A DNA stretch of 64,000 bases from Chiloscyllium plagiosum (taxonomy: Eukaryota): NCBI RefSeq assembly GCF_004010195.1, contig NC_057753.1:2898087-2962086 (forward strand), given 5' to 3'. Positions 12,205-25,869 of this stretch are shown here, piece after piece. The notes beneath the pieces were generated by a model. That model had not been told where the DNA came from. It made no database searches and saw only the letters and a list, made by a program, of their open reading frames with translations. Made by a program: the position numbers and the translations under genes. Within the stretch, counting starts at the first letter, position 1; the number at the start of each line of letters is the position of its first letter.

Positions 12205-15200
12205 ATGCATGAAGCACTAAAAGGTCTGCTGTTTGCCGTTTACTATCCCGTCATTGCAGTAATCGGAGTTCTAGTTAAGTTACTGTCCATGTAGTGAGTG
12301 CACGAATGATGCGTAAGCAGCAGTGAATGAGATAGTTCATTAGAATCGCCTCTCCACTTATCAGGTACCCTGTCTTTGATTTCATTTCCATAAGAAACCA
12401 TAAGACATAGGAGTGGATGTAAGGCCATTCGGCCCATCGAGTCCACTCCGCCAATCAATCATGGCTGATGGGCATTTCAACTCCACTTAACCGCATTCTC
12501 TCCGTAGCCCTTAATTCCTTGTGACATCAAGAATTTATCAATCTCTGCCTTGAAGACATTTAGCGTCCAGGCCTCCACTGCACTCTGCGGCAATGAATTC
12601 CACAGGCCCACCACTCTCTGGCTGAAGAAATGTCTCCGCATTTCTGTTCTGAATTTACCCCCTCTAATTCTAAGGCCGTGTCCACGGGTCCTAGTCTCCT
12701 CACCTAACGGAAACAATTTCCTAGCGTCCATCTTTTCCAAGCCATGTATTATCTTGTAAGTTTCTATTAGATCTCCCTTTAATCTTCTAAACTCCAATGA
12801 ATACAATCCCAGGATCCTCAGCCGTTCCTCGTATGTTAGACCTACCATTCCAGGGATCATCCGCTGGACATGCTCCAGTGCCAGTCTGTCCTTCCTGAGG
12901 TGTGGGGACTAAAACTGGACACAGTACTCCAAAAGGGGCCTAACCAGAGCTTTATAAAGTCTCAGTAGCACAACGGTGCTTTTATATTCCAACCCGCTTG
13001 AGATAAATGACAACATTGCATTTGCTTTCTTAATCACGGACTCAGTCTGTATGTTTACCTTTAGAGAATCCTCGACTAGCACTCCCAGATCCCTTTGTAC
13101 TTTGGCTTTATGAATTTTCTCAGTCTTCTGATTTCGCAGTGCTCTTGGCCACATTAGAGGATCTCTCTCTTTCTTTAATAAATTTCCTGACTTCCTTTGT
13201 CAGCCATGGCTGTCTAATCCCTCCCCGGATAATCTTTATTTTCTTGGGGATGAACCTCTGTACAGTGTCCTCAATTATACCCACAAACTCCTGCCATTTT
13301 TTGCTCTACTGTCTTCCCCGCTAGGCTCTGCTTCCAGTCCATTTTCGAGGTCAGACTCATTTACCCGTCATGAGCACAATAGATTTCGTTTAACTGTGAT
13401 AATTGTTTTTCACCAATCTTGCATTGCTTCGTTATTTCAACTTCATGATTTCTCCTACGCCTATAATTTTAACAAAATTTGGCAGAATTAATCTGCAACT
13501 TCTCCACGTTATTATGTTTATTTCAAATTTTAAATCATAAAGCTTCTTGATTTTTCCTCTCTAATTTGATGTTCAGCAGTATTCTGTCTTCCAAAACGCA
13601 TTGAATGTCATTGTTCTAATTATATAATTCCGTCAGTTTAGTGCTTATATCATATTAGGTCACAGTTATTCTAATGGGCAACTGTCCCTGCTCCTGCAGT
13701 GGATTTGCATAATGTTATCATGGCGTCAATTCTATTCTGTCTGGCAGTGACTCTGGTCGTGCAAGTGAATTAAAGAATGCTTTAATTCTGTGTAAATTAT
13801 TTGTGTCGACGCACTGAAACTCACATATTATTACGTCCTATTCTGTTATTCGCTTCAGATTGGATACGTTACCACATTGTTCACAATGTGCAACTGTAGA
13901 TTTATTGCCGTATTGCCAACTGCATAGAATAAACACGATAATTCAATAATTTGAGATCCATTAACAGTTGAATAATGTATGAATTAATTTAAATATGAAA
14001 AATGACAAAGCGACGACATATGACACCGAGATAATGACCAATAATAACAGATAATAACAGTCTGTCTGGATATGCTCAACCACATTTCCGTTGCCAAAGT
14101 ATCCTGAGACGGAACGTGAATCCAAATGTTCCCACCAGAGGTAATGACATTACCCCTGCAACAAAAACCTGAAGTGACTTCTGGATAAGTACTGTGATCA
14201 TTGCATTTTTATGGTCACTGATTTTTTTGTTCTCAGCCGCCACAAAAGTCAGCCCTTCAGCATTCCTATCCTTCACAGCATTCGCTGTTGTTGACGGTTC
14301 TTTAATGACTGCTTTCCTTTCTTTTCCTTTTCTCTTCACTACATAGAAATGCCCAGACATCTTTTTCATCATATTCTTCAGACTGAGTAAAATCCTACAA
14401 ATTGTACGATCTCACATAGCCATGATGGATGGATTCTGCCTTTAAATGTCCACTAAATAATGAAGTCAATTGCTAAACCAAACAGTGTAGCACGCGATTT
14501 TGGGCGAAATTTTAAAAGAGCTTTTCATTGTTTGTGCGTCATTGTCTGTCATTGTATTCCATGCATTCGATACCAACAAATCCCAATTTATTACTCGATG
14601 TTGAAACTCCAATTTTCAACTGAGCTTTATGAAACATTTTCTTTTCAAAATCGAAGATGTAATTATTGTGATTTTGCATTAATCTTGATATGAATAGTTT
14701 TTACGCATCTTCACTACTGTTTCAACCATCAATCGTTTTGCATCATTTTTGGGTGTGCAGTGTAACATATTAAATGCCCATGTTGATTTAATTGCTTATT
14801 ATCAGTTCCACTAGCTTTAGCTATTTCAAACGTTTCTGCAATTTTCTGTACTCTTTCCAAGTCAGATCTGTTTTCCTCAATGTTAGAAGATATCAAGTTA
14901 ATTTTGCAATATATAGACATATATTTGTTGTTCTTTCTCATCTAGACACTTTGATAAATTGCAAGAATAGGTTTGGCTGGATTTCAGCACAACTCACATT
15001 GGAGTTTTGCATCATGAAAGTCTCAAATTTATGAAGAATCATTGAAAAATAATGTTTTGCGATTAAAATTTGTAACATTCACCTTCTTTCTTTCTGTGTC
15101 TGCTGTTACAGCTAACTTAGCAGTTATTGTGATCGTCTCTTGAAGAAGGTGCGGTATTTCCACATGCATCACTTATTACCTGGTGTCAATGGCGGTGTCG

Positions 15201-16029
15201 GATCTAATGGTCATAGTTACAGCTGTCATATTAAACCGTGTTGCTGGAATTTATTTCCCATTCACTTTTCTCTCCATCACGCCCGTGTGCAGTTTGCACT
15301 CTGTATTCAATTACGGGTTTATTGACAGTTCTGCATGGTTAACAGTTGCTTTCACCACTGATCGATTTAGAGCCATTTGTTGTCAGACGCTCAAAATAAC
15401 ATATTGCACCAAGAAGATGGCAATGCATCTTGTCGGAATTGTGATCATATTAAGTTGCATTAAAAATGCATTTGTGTACTTTACATATGAACCGAGGTAC
15501 ATGGTAAAAAAATATACCCTGGTTCTGTAACATAAAAGATATGTTTTTCACTTCACGTGCATGGACTGCCTATGACTGGATTCGTTCAATTTTAACCACT
15601 TGCCTCCCATTCATTGTGATTTTACTGCTCAATGCTCTGACCGTCAGATACATTCTCGTGGCTAATAGAGCCCGCACGAGACTCCAGAACCAGAATATCG
15701 GGAAAAATCAGAGAGATACAGAGCTGGAGAAGCGGAGAAAATCAACTGTTTTGCTCTTTGCCGTTTCAGGCAGTTTCATTCTATTCAATGCATTGTACTT
15801 TATAACTATCCTGTATGTCCGCATTGGGAATCTTACTTATGCCTCTGGTTCTGACTTTAATAATCTCCCTTTTGTCCTCAATGAAAATGCATTTATGCTT
15901 CAGTTTTTGAGTTCCTGCATTAATCCATTTATTTATGCTGGAAATCAAAATAAGTTCAGAGCTGAGTTAAAGAATGTGTTGCAACATCCTTGGAGTCTTT
16001 TACTCAAAAAGCTGAAGATCAGAAGGTAG
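12205..16029 (+). pseudogene. GPR139/GPR142-like class A GPCR pseudogene (exon 1 12205-12274, exon 2 15112-16029)
   Basis: Exon 1 MHEALKGLLFAVYYPVIAVIGVL. Donor is ttaagt (12275) versus gtaagt in the paralog. In-frame TGA at 15141 where the paralog has CGA. A 7-A run at 15506-15512 (6 in the paralog) causes a frameshift. DRF and NPFIY motifs are retained. Confidence 0.92.
12388..13348 (-). mobile_element. CR1-type LINE, internally deleted, in the pseudogene intron only
   Basis: ORFs 12477-12860 (YEERLRILGLYSLEFRRLKGDLIETYKI..) and 12909-13154 (RDLGVLVE..YKALVRPLLEYCVQF). Absent from the unit 2 intron near 33320. Confidence 0.92.
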
Positions 16030-16036
16030 ACAATAG

Positions 16037-16350
16037 GGAGAGAGTGCAGTGGTATTGTCAATAAATTAGTAATCTAGAGGTTCAGACTGACAAAACGTCA
16101 ATGAAGCAGGGCAATGGCATTTAAATTCAAACCAATAAATCTGGAATATAATGCTGGTCTCAGTAACAGTAACTTCCAAGCTCTCACACAACCCAACCTC
16201 GGTCACTGAGGACCTCCAGGAATGGAAATTTGCAAAGTTGACCTGATTGTGTCTGTGTGACCACAATTCCTCTGAAATGTGGTTGACTACGAACTGCCCT
16301 TTGAAATAGTGGAGGAAATAATTCAACTTAAAGGCCATTGGGGACAGGCA
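16037..16350 (+). mobile_element. tRNA-derived SINE-like repeat starting just after the GPCR stop codon (truncated paralog ~36598-36742)
   Basis: gcagtggtattgtca head; aaattcaaaccaataaatctggaat and aatgtggttgactacgaactgcc motifs, as in the 10590 family. Confidence 0.55.
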
Positions 16351-16352
16351 AT

Positions 16353-16950
16353 TGATACGACACTGAAGTTGAAGCTTAGTGTTAATTAAATACAAACACC
16401 CAGAAAAGCTCGCCTCGTATCATAATCTGTTAAAATGTGAGTGACAGACTTACTATTTTCACTATTGAAAGAAAAATGACAATTTATTTTCCTAATACAA
16501 CACTAACTAAAACTATTAACAAGTACAACACTCTTTCCCCTAACTGAACAACAGCCGATCAACAGCAACCAAAATTCAGGAAACGCTTTAATAGCCAATT
16601 GTTACATGTATCCAATTTGGAAAAGTCAGTCTCTCAGCCTTTCCTTTTGGGCAGCTGAGCCTCCACTTTATGTTTGTATCAATATTCAGAAAACACACGA
16701 TATTTTCAAGTGAACATGTATGCTTTCGACTTCGTAACACAATGACTGTTGCCTTTGATCGCAATGCCCATTGAAGGAAATGATCGGTTAAAAAGAAGGT
16801 GATGATATATTTCAAATAGTTCCTCTTCTCATCCACATACCCCCTCGAGAAACGTACCCATCAGGCCAGCAAACCAGTTGAAGCCTGATCATCTAGGAAT
16901 TGTTTTTAGCTGATCTTCACTGCATTATAAAGCTGGCTCCAATTAATTGA
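16353..16950 (-). mobile_element. Solo LTR (family A, same as the LTRs of the 55200-62799 element); far end uncertain
   Basis: caaacacccagaaaagctcgcctcg..taatctgttaaaatgtgagtgacaga is the reverse complement of 55330-55390 and 62700-62760. Confidence 0.7.
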
Positions 16951-17877
16951 AAGATGCACAGTAAGATTTCTGAACAGATTGACTGGCACATATCTTTGAT
17001 AAGAACTGTTTGCGTTCTGTAAATAAAGTCGAAGGGAGCACGATTCGATTTAAATTTCTCATATTTCGCTGTATTACCAATAAGTTTGTCACTAACATGC
17101 CAAAAAAGGCCATTCCATGGATGAATATAATATGCCATTTTGGTGCATCTGATAGTGTAAACGTGCAAAATCAAACGGAGAGTACATCAGGAATCTTATT
17201 TATTCATGTGTAGAATTTGTGAAATGCTAAGCCGACTATATCAATGATATTGGATCCTAGATGCGATTTTAATGCTTTTTGTCACGAAATGGAGTCACAT
17301 GTTTGTTAAGTAAAAGTGATGATGAGCTATTTGAGAAGAGATCCTCAACGCCACTCACTGGAATAGTGGGTATTGCTAAGACAAGAGCAGATAGATAGGA
17401 ATAAGCCATTCAGCACCGCCTGTCTCTTCTACCAATTATTGAAATCATGACTGATTTTCGGCATGACTCCATGTATCCGCCTCTGAGCCATAACCCTGAA
17501 TGACTTATAGTGACAGTGAAAACCATCTCGGATTTAAAACTACAAACTTATCGAACATTAACTGCCTTGCGTGGAAGAGTTCTTTTAAAACATTTGTGTG
17601 TGTCGAAGTGCTTTCTAGCATGTCGCCTGACTGTCTGGACCAAATTCAAAGACTATTTTACCAGTTCTTCAAGCTCCAAACAATTAAATACTTCCTCTTG
17701 ACAGACCCTGTCTTTTTCATGTTAATGTCTTTAAAGCTTCGATCAGATCACTTCCTGAGCTTCTAAATTCGAGAGAATTTATCTGGTGATGCATGTTGTA
17801 TGCAAAACGCTTGGCATTTTTGTTGGGCTCCCTTGTTTGTACTGTCAACCGACGTTAACCAAACCAGCGAGATACCA

Positions 17878-19475
17878 AGAGCAAAGAACAGTACAGCACA
17901 GTACAGTGCGGCCCTCCAAGACTGTGCGAATCCAGATCCTCTATCTAAACCTGTCACCTATTTTCTGTTCCTAGCATAATCGCGTATCTGTCTGGATAAA
18001 TCTTTAATACCACTATCGTGCCCGCCTCTACCACCTCCGCTGCAATGCGTTCCAGGCATCCACCATCCTCCATGTAAAGCAATTTCAAAGCATTTCTCCC
18101 CTAAACGTTTCCCCTCTCACTTTGAACACGTGACCCCCGTGTTCAACTTTCTTCCAAATTAGAACAGATCCTATCCATCAGTATGTTCTCCAGCAGCTTC
18201 CCTAAAACTGACGTCAGGCTCATCATTCTATAATGACAGAGATTATTCCTGCTACTCTTCTTATGTGGCAACATTAGCAATTCTCCAGTCACCTGGGACC
18301 TCACCGGTGTTCAATGATGCTGCAAAGATATCTGTAAAGGCCCAAGATATTTCCCTCAGTATTTCTCGCTTCCCTCAGTAAACTGCAATCGATCCCATCC
18401 AGACCTGGGGGCTTGTCCACCTTAATGCCTTTTAGAACACCTAACACTTCCTCGCTTCTTATCATAACTTGGTCGAGGATAATCAAACACCTATCCCCAA
18501 CCTCAGCATCAGTCATGTCCCTCTCTTTGGTGAATACCCATGCAAAGTGTTCGTTAAGAATCTCTTCCATTTTTCTGACATCACGAATAACTATCCTCCT
18601 TTCTCCTTGAGTGGGCCAACCCTTTATCTATTTACCCTCCTTCTCCTTTTGTATGAATACAAGGCTTTGGGATTTCCCTTAACTGTGTTTGCTAAAGATA
18701 TCTCATTCTCCTTTTATCACTCTTTAATCCTCGTTTCAGATTGATCCTGCATTCCTGATACTCTTTCAAAGCTTCGTCCGTTTTCAGTCGCCTAGACCTT
18801 ATGTATGGTTCCTTTTTCCCAGTTTGGCCAGTCTCACAATTTCATCTGTCATATATGGTTCCATAACGTTGCTATTCTAGCCCTGATTTCACAGTGCTGC
18901 ATTCTAATCAACCTCTCTGTAACAGCCTGGCACATATTAAATGTGGATTTTCTTTCAAATAAATGCTCCTAATCTGCATTCTCCAGCTCCTGCCGATTTT
19001 TGTATAGTTGGCCTTCCCCCGGTTTAGCACTCTCCCTTTCGGACCATTCACGTCTTTATCCATGAGTATTCTAAAACTTATGGAATTGTAATCACTACTT
19101 CCAGACAACAAAGAAAAGCGCTACTGAATTTTCAAGCCCCTTGCCGGTCTCATTCCGCAGTACGAGGTACAGTATGGCCTCTTCCCGAATTCGACTATTT
19201 ACATTATGCTCCAGAAAACACTCCTGGATGCTCCTTACAAATTCTGCTCCATCTAGAGCTCTAACACTACTGGAATCCAAATCAACGTTGCCAAAATTAA
19301 AATTTCCTATCACCACGACCCTGTAGCTCGTGCATCTTTCCATAAACTGCTTCCATATTTTTATCACACTAGCTGTTGGAGGGCCTGTGGTATATCCCCA
19401 ACATTCTTACAGCACCCTTCCTATTTCTCAGCTCTGCCCATATTGCATTACTGATCGAGTCCTCTATAGTGTCCT
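17878..19475 (-). mobile_element. CR1-type LINE (endonuclease end, linker, RT start, 3' tail), unit 1 only
   Basis: ORFs 19095-19367 (VVVIGNFNF..EAILYLVLRNE) and 18301-18570 (EILNEHFAWVFTKE..KPPGLDGI). Absent at ~37645. Confidence 0.88.
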
Positions 19476-20120
19476 AAACACAGTTCCTCTCGCAGTTTGA
19501 CAAATGTACTTTAAAAATAACGGAAAATTTTCATTGATATTTCGTCGTTGTGTGTATCCACTTTGTTGTCTGTATGTGAATGGCTGTTGCCTGTTGGTGT
19601 CTAAATATCTGCCACTCGTTAGTTTCGTTATAGTGTTTACATATTCAAGGTGTTCTTCTGACTTGTACCTTCCCTGCCTCTCCGATTCGTCATCACATCG
19701 TTTCGGATCTCCTTTGTATCTGCATTGAAAGTGAAAGCTTGGATATCTTTCAAAATTCTACAACCAGAAACTCTTCTAAGTACCATTAAATTAGCAGTTG
19801 TGAATCTTCACTGGCGAAGAAAGCAACTTTGTTGTGTACTGTGAGGAACAGGCAGATATTCCGTGCTTTGGTTAATAGAGTTGTGAGCATCTGTGTGTGT
19901 AGAATAAGAACAAGATATTCTAACCTCCCTATTGAAAATAACTAAATTTATTCAAAGACATTTTATCGCCATTGTGGAACTTCAGGGAGTCCTCAGAGAA
20001 TCGATAGAAGATTGAAAGAAGCTGATTTCTTTTATTTAATTCTGATTTTAGGTTTTCATGACAGCCATTCTTTGTCAAGAGCTGGACAAGTGAGGTTTTA
20101 ACTGGACAGCACAGCACAAC

Positions 20121-20441
20121 TGGGGCGGCATGGTGGCTCAGTGGTTAGCACTGCTGCATCACTGCACCAGAGTCCCAGGTGCAATTCCAACTTCGGGTGA
20201 TTCTCTGTGTGGAGTTTGTATATTCTCCTCGATTCTGCGTGGGTTTCCACCTGGTGCTCCGGTTTCCTTCCAAAGTTGTGCAGGGTAGGAGAATTAGCCA
20301 TGCTAAAATTACCCAGAGTGTTAGGTACATTAGTCAGAGTGAAATGGGTCTGGTTGGGTCACTGTTTGTTGGGACGGTGCGGAATTGTTGGGCCGAAGGA
20401 CCTGTCTCCACACTGTAAGGAATCTAATCTAATCTAATCTA
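20121..20441 (+). mobile_element. Near full-length HE1/V-SINE-type tRNA-derived SINE
   Basis: A box tggctcagtgg; V-domain gtgtggagtttg..ctgcgtgggtttcc..gtgctccggtttcc; CR1-like 3' end gggccgaaggacctgtctccacactgta with (AATCT)n tail. Confidence 0.88.
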
Positions 20442-20759
20442 ACTCAACACACCTTCACGGTTGATCAATCTGTACGAAGCAAAGCGATTTGACTACATGC
20501 ATTCTGCAGATCTCACTACCTCGACATAGCCCCATACTTGAGGTGTGGTCACCCTCTGGTTAAACCACTCCGTCGTCTGTCTCTAATGACAGATATGTTT
20601 AAGTGTTGTGGATAAAAACCTAAAGGGATCAGAAGGGAAACTTTTTCCAGAGGGTTGTTCGTATGTGGAATGAAATGCCAGAGGATGTGGTAGGTTCAAG
20701 AACAGTTACAACATTGGAAAGACATTTGGGCAGTATATGAAAAGAAAATCTTTCGCAAG

Positions 20760-21817
20760 CTCGTCATGAAGAGTAGGTCGCATGAGATCCTGGGAGTGCT
20801 GACTGGATTCAAATTAAGCTCGATGTTGGGATGCAGAGAGTGAGGATTGAACGTTCTTTTTCGTACTGGACGTCAGTGCAACAGGGGTCGGCGCCGGGCC
20901 TTTTTTATTTACACAATTGATCTGCATGTGAATGCACAAGGCATGATTAGTAAGTTTGCAGATGATACAAAATTAGGAGGTACTTTGCTGCACGGAAGGT
21001 TTCCAAAAATTGCAGAAGGATCTTCATCATATCGGAAATTGGGCTGAGGATTGACAAATGTAATTCAGTACAGGTAAGTGTGAGGTGTTGTACTTTGGAA
21101 AGTCAAACCAAGTTAGAGCTCCTTCAGAAGATGGTAAGGTCCTGCGGATTGTTGTGGAACAGAGGGACCTAGAAGTATAAGTACATAGTTCATAGAAAAT
21201 GGCATCAAAGGTAGAAAAGGCGATGAAGAACATGCTGGCCTTCATCAGTCAAAGCATTAAGTAAAGGAGTTGAGACGTTATCTTACTGTTGTACAAGTCG
21301 AAAGTGAGGCCGCATTTGGAGCATTGTGTACCGTTTTGGTCACTTTGTTTTATAAATGACGTGATTAAATTGGAAAGAGTGCAAAGAGGATTTACGAGGA
21401 TGTTGTCAGGAAGAATAGGCCTGAAGTTTTTGGAAAGGTTGACTACGTTAGGACTTTATTCCTTGGAACATAGCAAAATGAGGGGTGACCTCATTAAGGT
21501 GCATAAAATAATGAGGATCAGAAACAGGATGAATGCATTTCGTCTTTTTTTTGCCAGGCATAGGGAAGTGAAACCCTGAGGGCATAGGTTTAAGGTGAGA
21601 GAGGAAAGATAATGTGGTTGAGGCAAAAAAAAAAACAGGCGCAAAAGTTTGAACATATTTGCATAGGTATTTGGGTGGGTAGAGAATAGAAGGATACCGA
21701 CCAAACGCAAGCATTTGGAACTATTTGAACTGATGATGGGGCACCATAATCAGCATTGAAAAGTTTAGGCCGAAAGGCCTGTTTCAATGCTGTACTATTC
21801 TATGACTGTATGACTCT
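20760..21817 (+). mobile_element. Degenerate CR1-type LINE RT and 3' end
   Basis: ISKFADDTKLGG (ORF 20847); YKSKVRPHLEHCVPFW..LERVQRGFTRM (ORF 21289). Confidence 0.88.
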
Positions 21818-24800
21818 AGAGGCAATGGAGTCAAACGCTGACAAGTGGGACTAGTTTAGTTTAGGCAACATTTTCAGCATGCACAAGTTAGACTGAAGGG
21901 CTGTTCCCGTGTTGTGTGATGCTATGACTCCATGATAGATGGTCCTCGAGAACTATGGCAACGTACTTCTTTTATATTGTATTGTTTTCCTCTCCACATT
22001 CCCTGAATCTGCGTTTTTCTCCAATTTGATATTTGCGTTACGGCAGTGACTACACTTTCACGGCACTTCTTTCACTTCAAAACACCTTTAAAGGTCCGGA
22101 GATAGTTAACAGGCTATATTTATAAATAGGCTGGTCATTGTCTCTGTCAGTTACTATAACTGAAAAGACAGATGGAACTAGGTAATCTGTACATATCTTT
22201 GAGAATCCTTCTTTCTCCATACTGGATCACTGTGCTTCTTTCACCGCTTTATCTGTCTCTAACTTGCTGTGTAGCCTGTCAACCCGTAAGTCTCATCAGC
22301 TTTTTTTTTCTCTGGTGCTCATTGTTTCCTTCTTATTAAAGATTCTCTGGGATGAAATACATCGCTCTAGTGATTATAGTGAAATCAGAATTGTTTACAA
22401 TGTGCTCCTTGCTGCGATATTTCTAACAGTTAACCATGATGGTGCACGAAAACAATAAAAAAATCTCAAATAGTTTCTTATTAAATCGGATTCTTTTCTC
22501 TGACAGACAAAGTACGCATATTTGAGTTCCAATTTGCAGTTAATTTGTCTCCAGAGGTGAGGCACTTCTGCTACGGGAAAGTTGGGGCAAGCAGTAACTG
22601 TTCTCCATTGCAGAAAAGAAAATTATAATTTAACTGTGTTGCTAAGGAATTTTCTGTGGAAAAATAGAGTGCAAAGATTTAACAGCCTGTGCTTAGGCTA
22701 TATAATTGACTGCTGGGAGTGGGATAGAAACTGAGTTAAACGATAGAGCTTCATATTAAAGAGTTGGAAACAAAACTTAATTTTAAGACAGGCAAGAAGT
22801 GAGAACGAATGTCTGGATATGAAATGCCAACTCAATTCTCTCTATTCAGGTACTGCTTAGCTTTCGTTCATTTGGAATATTAAATGTGATTTTTTATTTT
22901 AATTTCAATTTCAATCATTAGTTCCCCATTTTGTTTCACATTTCCAAAATTATTGAAGCGTGACAGTGCAGAATCTTGGTTGTACGTTTCAGGATACCTG
23001 CTCAGCTTAATACTTGGTCCTCCCCTGAATTTAGCGTCACAAGCAGTACTTCAAAATTCGTTTAGAGGGCGGAACTTTCAGAGATTGCTGAAAGCAGAAA
23101 GTTCAAAGTCAAAGCAAGGAAGGGAATTCGTTGGAAGCTTGTCAAATGAAAGATGAAATCTAATTCATCAAAATGTAAAGAGTTTCTTTTTGTTTTCCAG
23201 AGACGTTCAGACAACTCTGAAAGAGAAAATGTGTAACTTCAAAGGTGATGCATCAGCAAACGCTTCTACTTGCAAATTTGCGCATATCCAAGATGGCATC
23301 ATTAATCTTGGATACCAAGATGAACAAGCTATCCAAGTTTCTGGACTTGATAACTTGTTTCACTGTGAACAGATATATTAAAAAAAATTAAACCAATATT
23401 CAGCAGTGCTTGCCTCAACTGATAAATTGCTTTCAGTTCTGGATCATAATATTTGAGAAGACGTGGAAGCATTAGTTCGAGTACATTAAGTATCAATGAG
23501 ACAATTTCTAGGGATGATATACTTCTGATACATAGACAGCAGAGAAGTTGGAACTGCTTTACCGTGCAGAACACAAAGTTGTGATTTAATTGACGTCTTC
23601 AAACTCTTGATGGAGTTGGACAGAGCAGATAGTCAGGCATTTCCTGTTGATGGAATGGCCAACAACCTGAAAACAAAGGTTTAATATAATAGATAAAATA
23701 CGCAATAGCATCATTATAGTCACAGAATCCTGACGGTGTGGAAAGAGTTCAGTCAGCCAATCGAGTCTGCACTGATCCTTTGAAGAATATGCCAGCAGAC
23801 CGAGCACCTGAACCTATGCCCACATTTTACAAGTGGAAGCTGCATATCTTTGGACTGTGAGAGGCACTCGGAGCACCTGGTGGCAACTCAGGCAGACTTT
23901 GGGAAAAAACTGTTGGCAGTCACCTGGATTGCAATCAAAACCAGGTCCCTCGCGCTTTGAAGCAACAGTACGAACCACTGAGCCACTTTGGCATTTGTTG
24001 AAAGCCTATGCTTTTTCTTTAAAAAAAAAAGACTCGGGATATTTAATGCACTGCGAAGGAGCACAGAGGAGGACAAGTCCACTCAGAGAATAAATAAGAG
24101 AATTGGCATAAAACCTGGTGTGTTTCTTTAATACAGAAGTTTTGATTCATCAGTGATGTTGTTTGTTCCTGTAATGCAATAACCCGAAAAATCTATCCGG
24201 GCAATACGCACATTCTAATGTGCGCCACTAACGTTTTAAAAATTTATTTTGTCCGGCGTTACACACTCAGATTAGAGTCATCTTATTTACAGTGATTCCT
24301 TACTCCAGCCTGACACATTCTCTTTTGATTTTTTGAAAGTTAGGTTGCATCCAGTTCTGAGCTTAACGTTTCAAAGTGAAGCCTTGGTGTGGATCATCGC
24401 AACCCAACGGTTATGATAGAGACTCAATATGGTTTATACTTTCAATCAGTAAAACAGACGGTTTACTTTTGAAAGTGTGTGTAAAGTGTAGTGCAGAAAT
24501 TGAACGAGCTGACAGAGGAAGTGGTAAAGGCGACACAAATTGCAATACCTAAAAGACATTTCGACCGGTACATGAATAGGAAAGGTGAAAGGGGATATCG
24601 GACAATAGCAGGCAAATGAGACCAGTTTAGATTTAGAATCTTGTTTGGCATGGATGCGCTGGGCCAAAGAACATACTGTGGACTTCTATGACCGGAAACG
24701 AACGCTGGCGTTATTCTGGGAGGATTGGAAAGAGACAACGCAGTAGTGTTTAACATGCACCCTCGTGGCTAACTCTACCGCCAAGGACAAATGGTGAGTT

Positions 24801-25869
24801 GGGACAGGCAAGGGATCTTTATCGAGAACGACAGAGAACACAAAGTCTCGAATAAATGACAATGCTTCTCTCTTCGCAGTGCTACTGGAGCTGCTGGGCT
24901 TCTACAGGAGTTTCTGTTTCTATTTCCGTTTCCAGCAGCTGCAGCATTTTCATTTTATTCGATGGATAGCATTTTGAATTAGATTGTGCAGTGGTGTGCA
25001 GCATTTTCGAGACACAAGCGACACGCAATGACCATCTACTACAAAAGTAATTCTAACTAATTCGCATTGTCACTCAATGGAGTTGCCATTACTGAACACA
25101 CTATTATCAGTTTGGTGGAGGTTATTGGGAAGGATGTGTTAAATACTCATTCAGAAGTCTGGAATTGTGTGGAAAGTATTACGTCTCCTGACTTCCCAAC
25201 GACTTCCATGATTTAAAAGGCACAAATCAGGAATAACGTGAAATACCCTGTACTTGCGAGGTACGGTGCAACTCTAGCGACACTCAATAAGCTAAAATTT
25301 TCAGGACAAGACAGCCCACTTGATTTGAAATGCAGCCAATACTGAAACATCTTGGCAGCAGTCAGAACTATCCATAATATACACTACACTAACTCACCAA
25401 GTTTCTCCCCCAGTAATTTCTAAAGTATCAAATTCAACACATCGAAGAATTGAGCAAAAGATTGATCAGAGCGCCACCAGACCTTGGACCCTGGTGCTGT
25501 GAGGCAGCATTGCTAACCACTGAGCCACCATGCACGATTTACTTGCAATAGGACTTCCTAAGATTCGTTCACATCGTAACTTGTTTTGTGAAAAACAAAC
25601 ACAAAATTACAGGACAACGAACTCAGGTATTTAATGGGAAAGGTTGATTTGGATATTATCAGAAATTGAAGGTTTATTGTAAAACGCAAAAATCTATTGC
25701 CACACTGTATCATTTTAAGTCTTTCACAAAAATGCAGTAGAGTGAATTCTTCCTCTGTGTTGTGTCCAGTCGGATCACTGTAAAGTATTCTAGTTAATCA
25801 TTGATCGTGAAATTCAAAAATATTGCACCAAATAATACATTCATAAAGTTAAGCAAATCAAACTTAGAG

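Larger units (their letters stand above)
775..21654 (+). repeat. Tandem segmental duplication, unit 1
   Basis: Colinear similarity to 21655-38520 in unique sequence, e.g. 1460 gattctctgggatgaaatacatcgctctagtga = 22340; 5020-5330 = 25560-25870; GPCR exons. Confidence 0.93.

Noticed and set aside
15183..16029. Two separate small membrane-protein genes (115 aa and 162 aa)
   Set aside because: They are halves of one frameshifted GPCR exon.
20121..20195. tRNA gene
   Set aside because: The tRNA-like head continues into a SINE body and LINE-derived tail; no complete cloverleaf.
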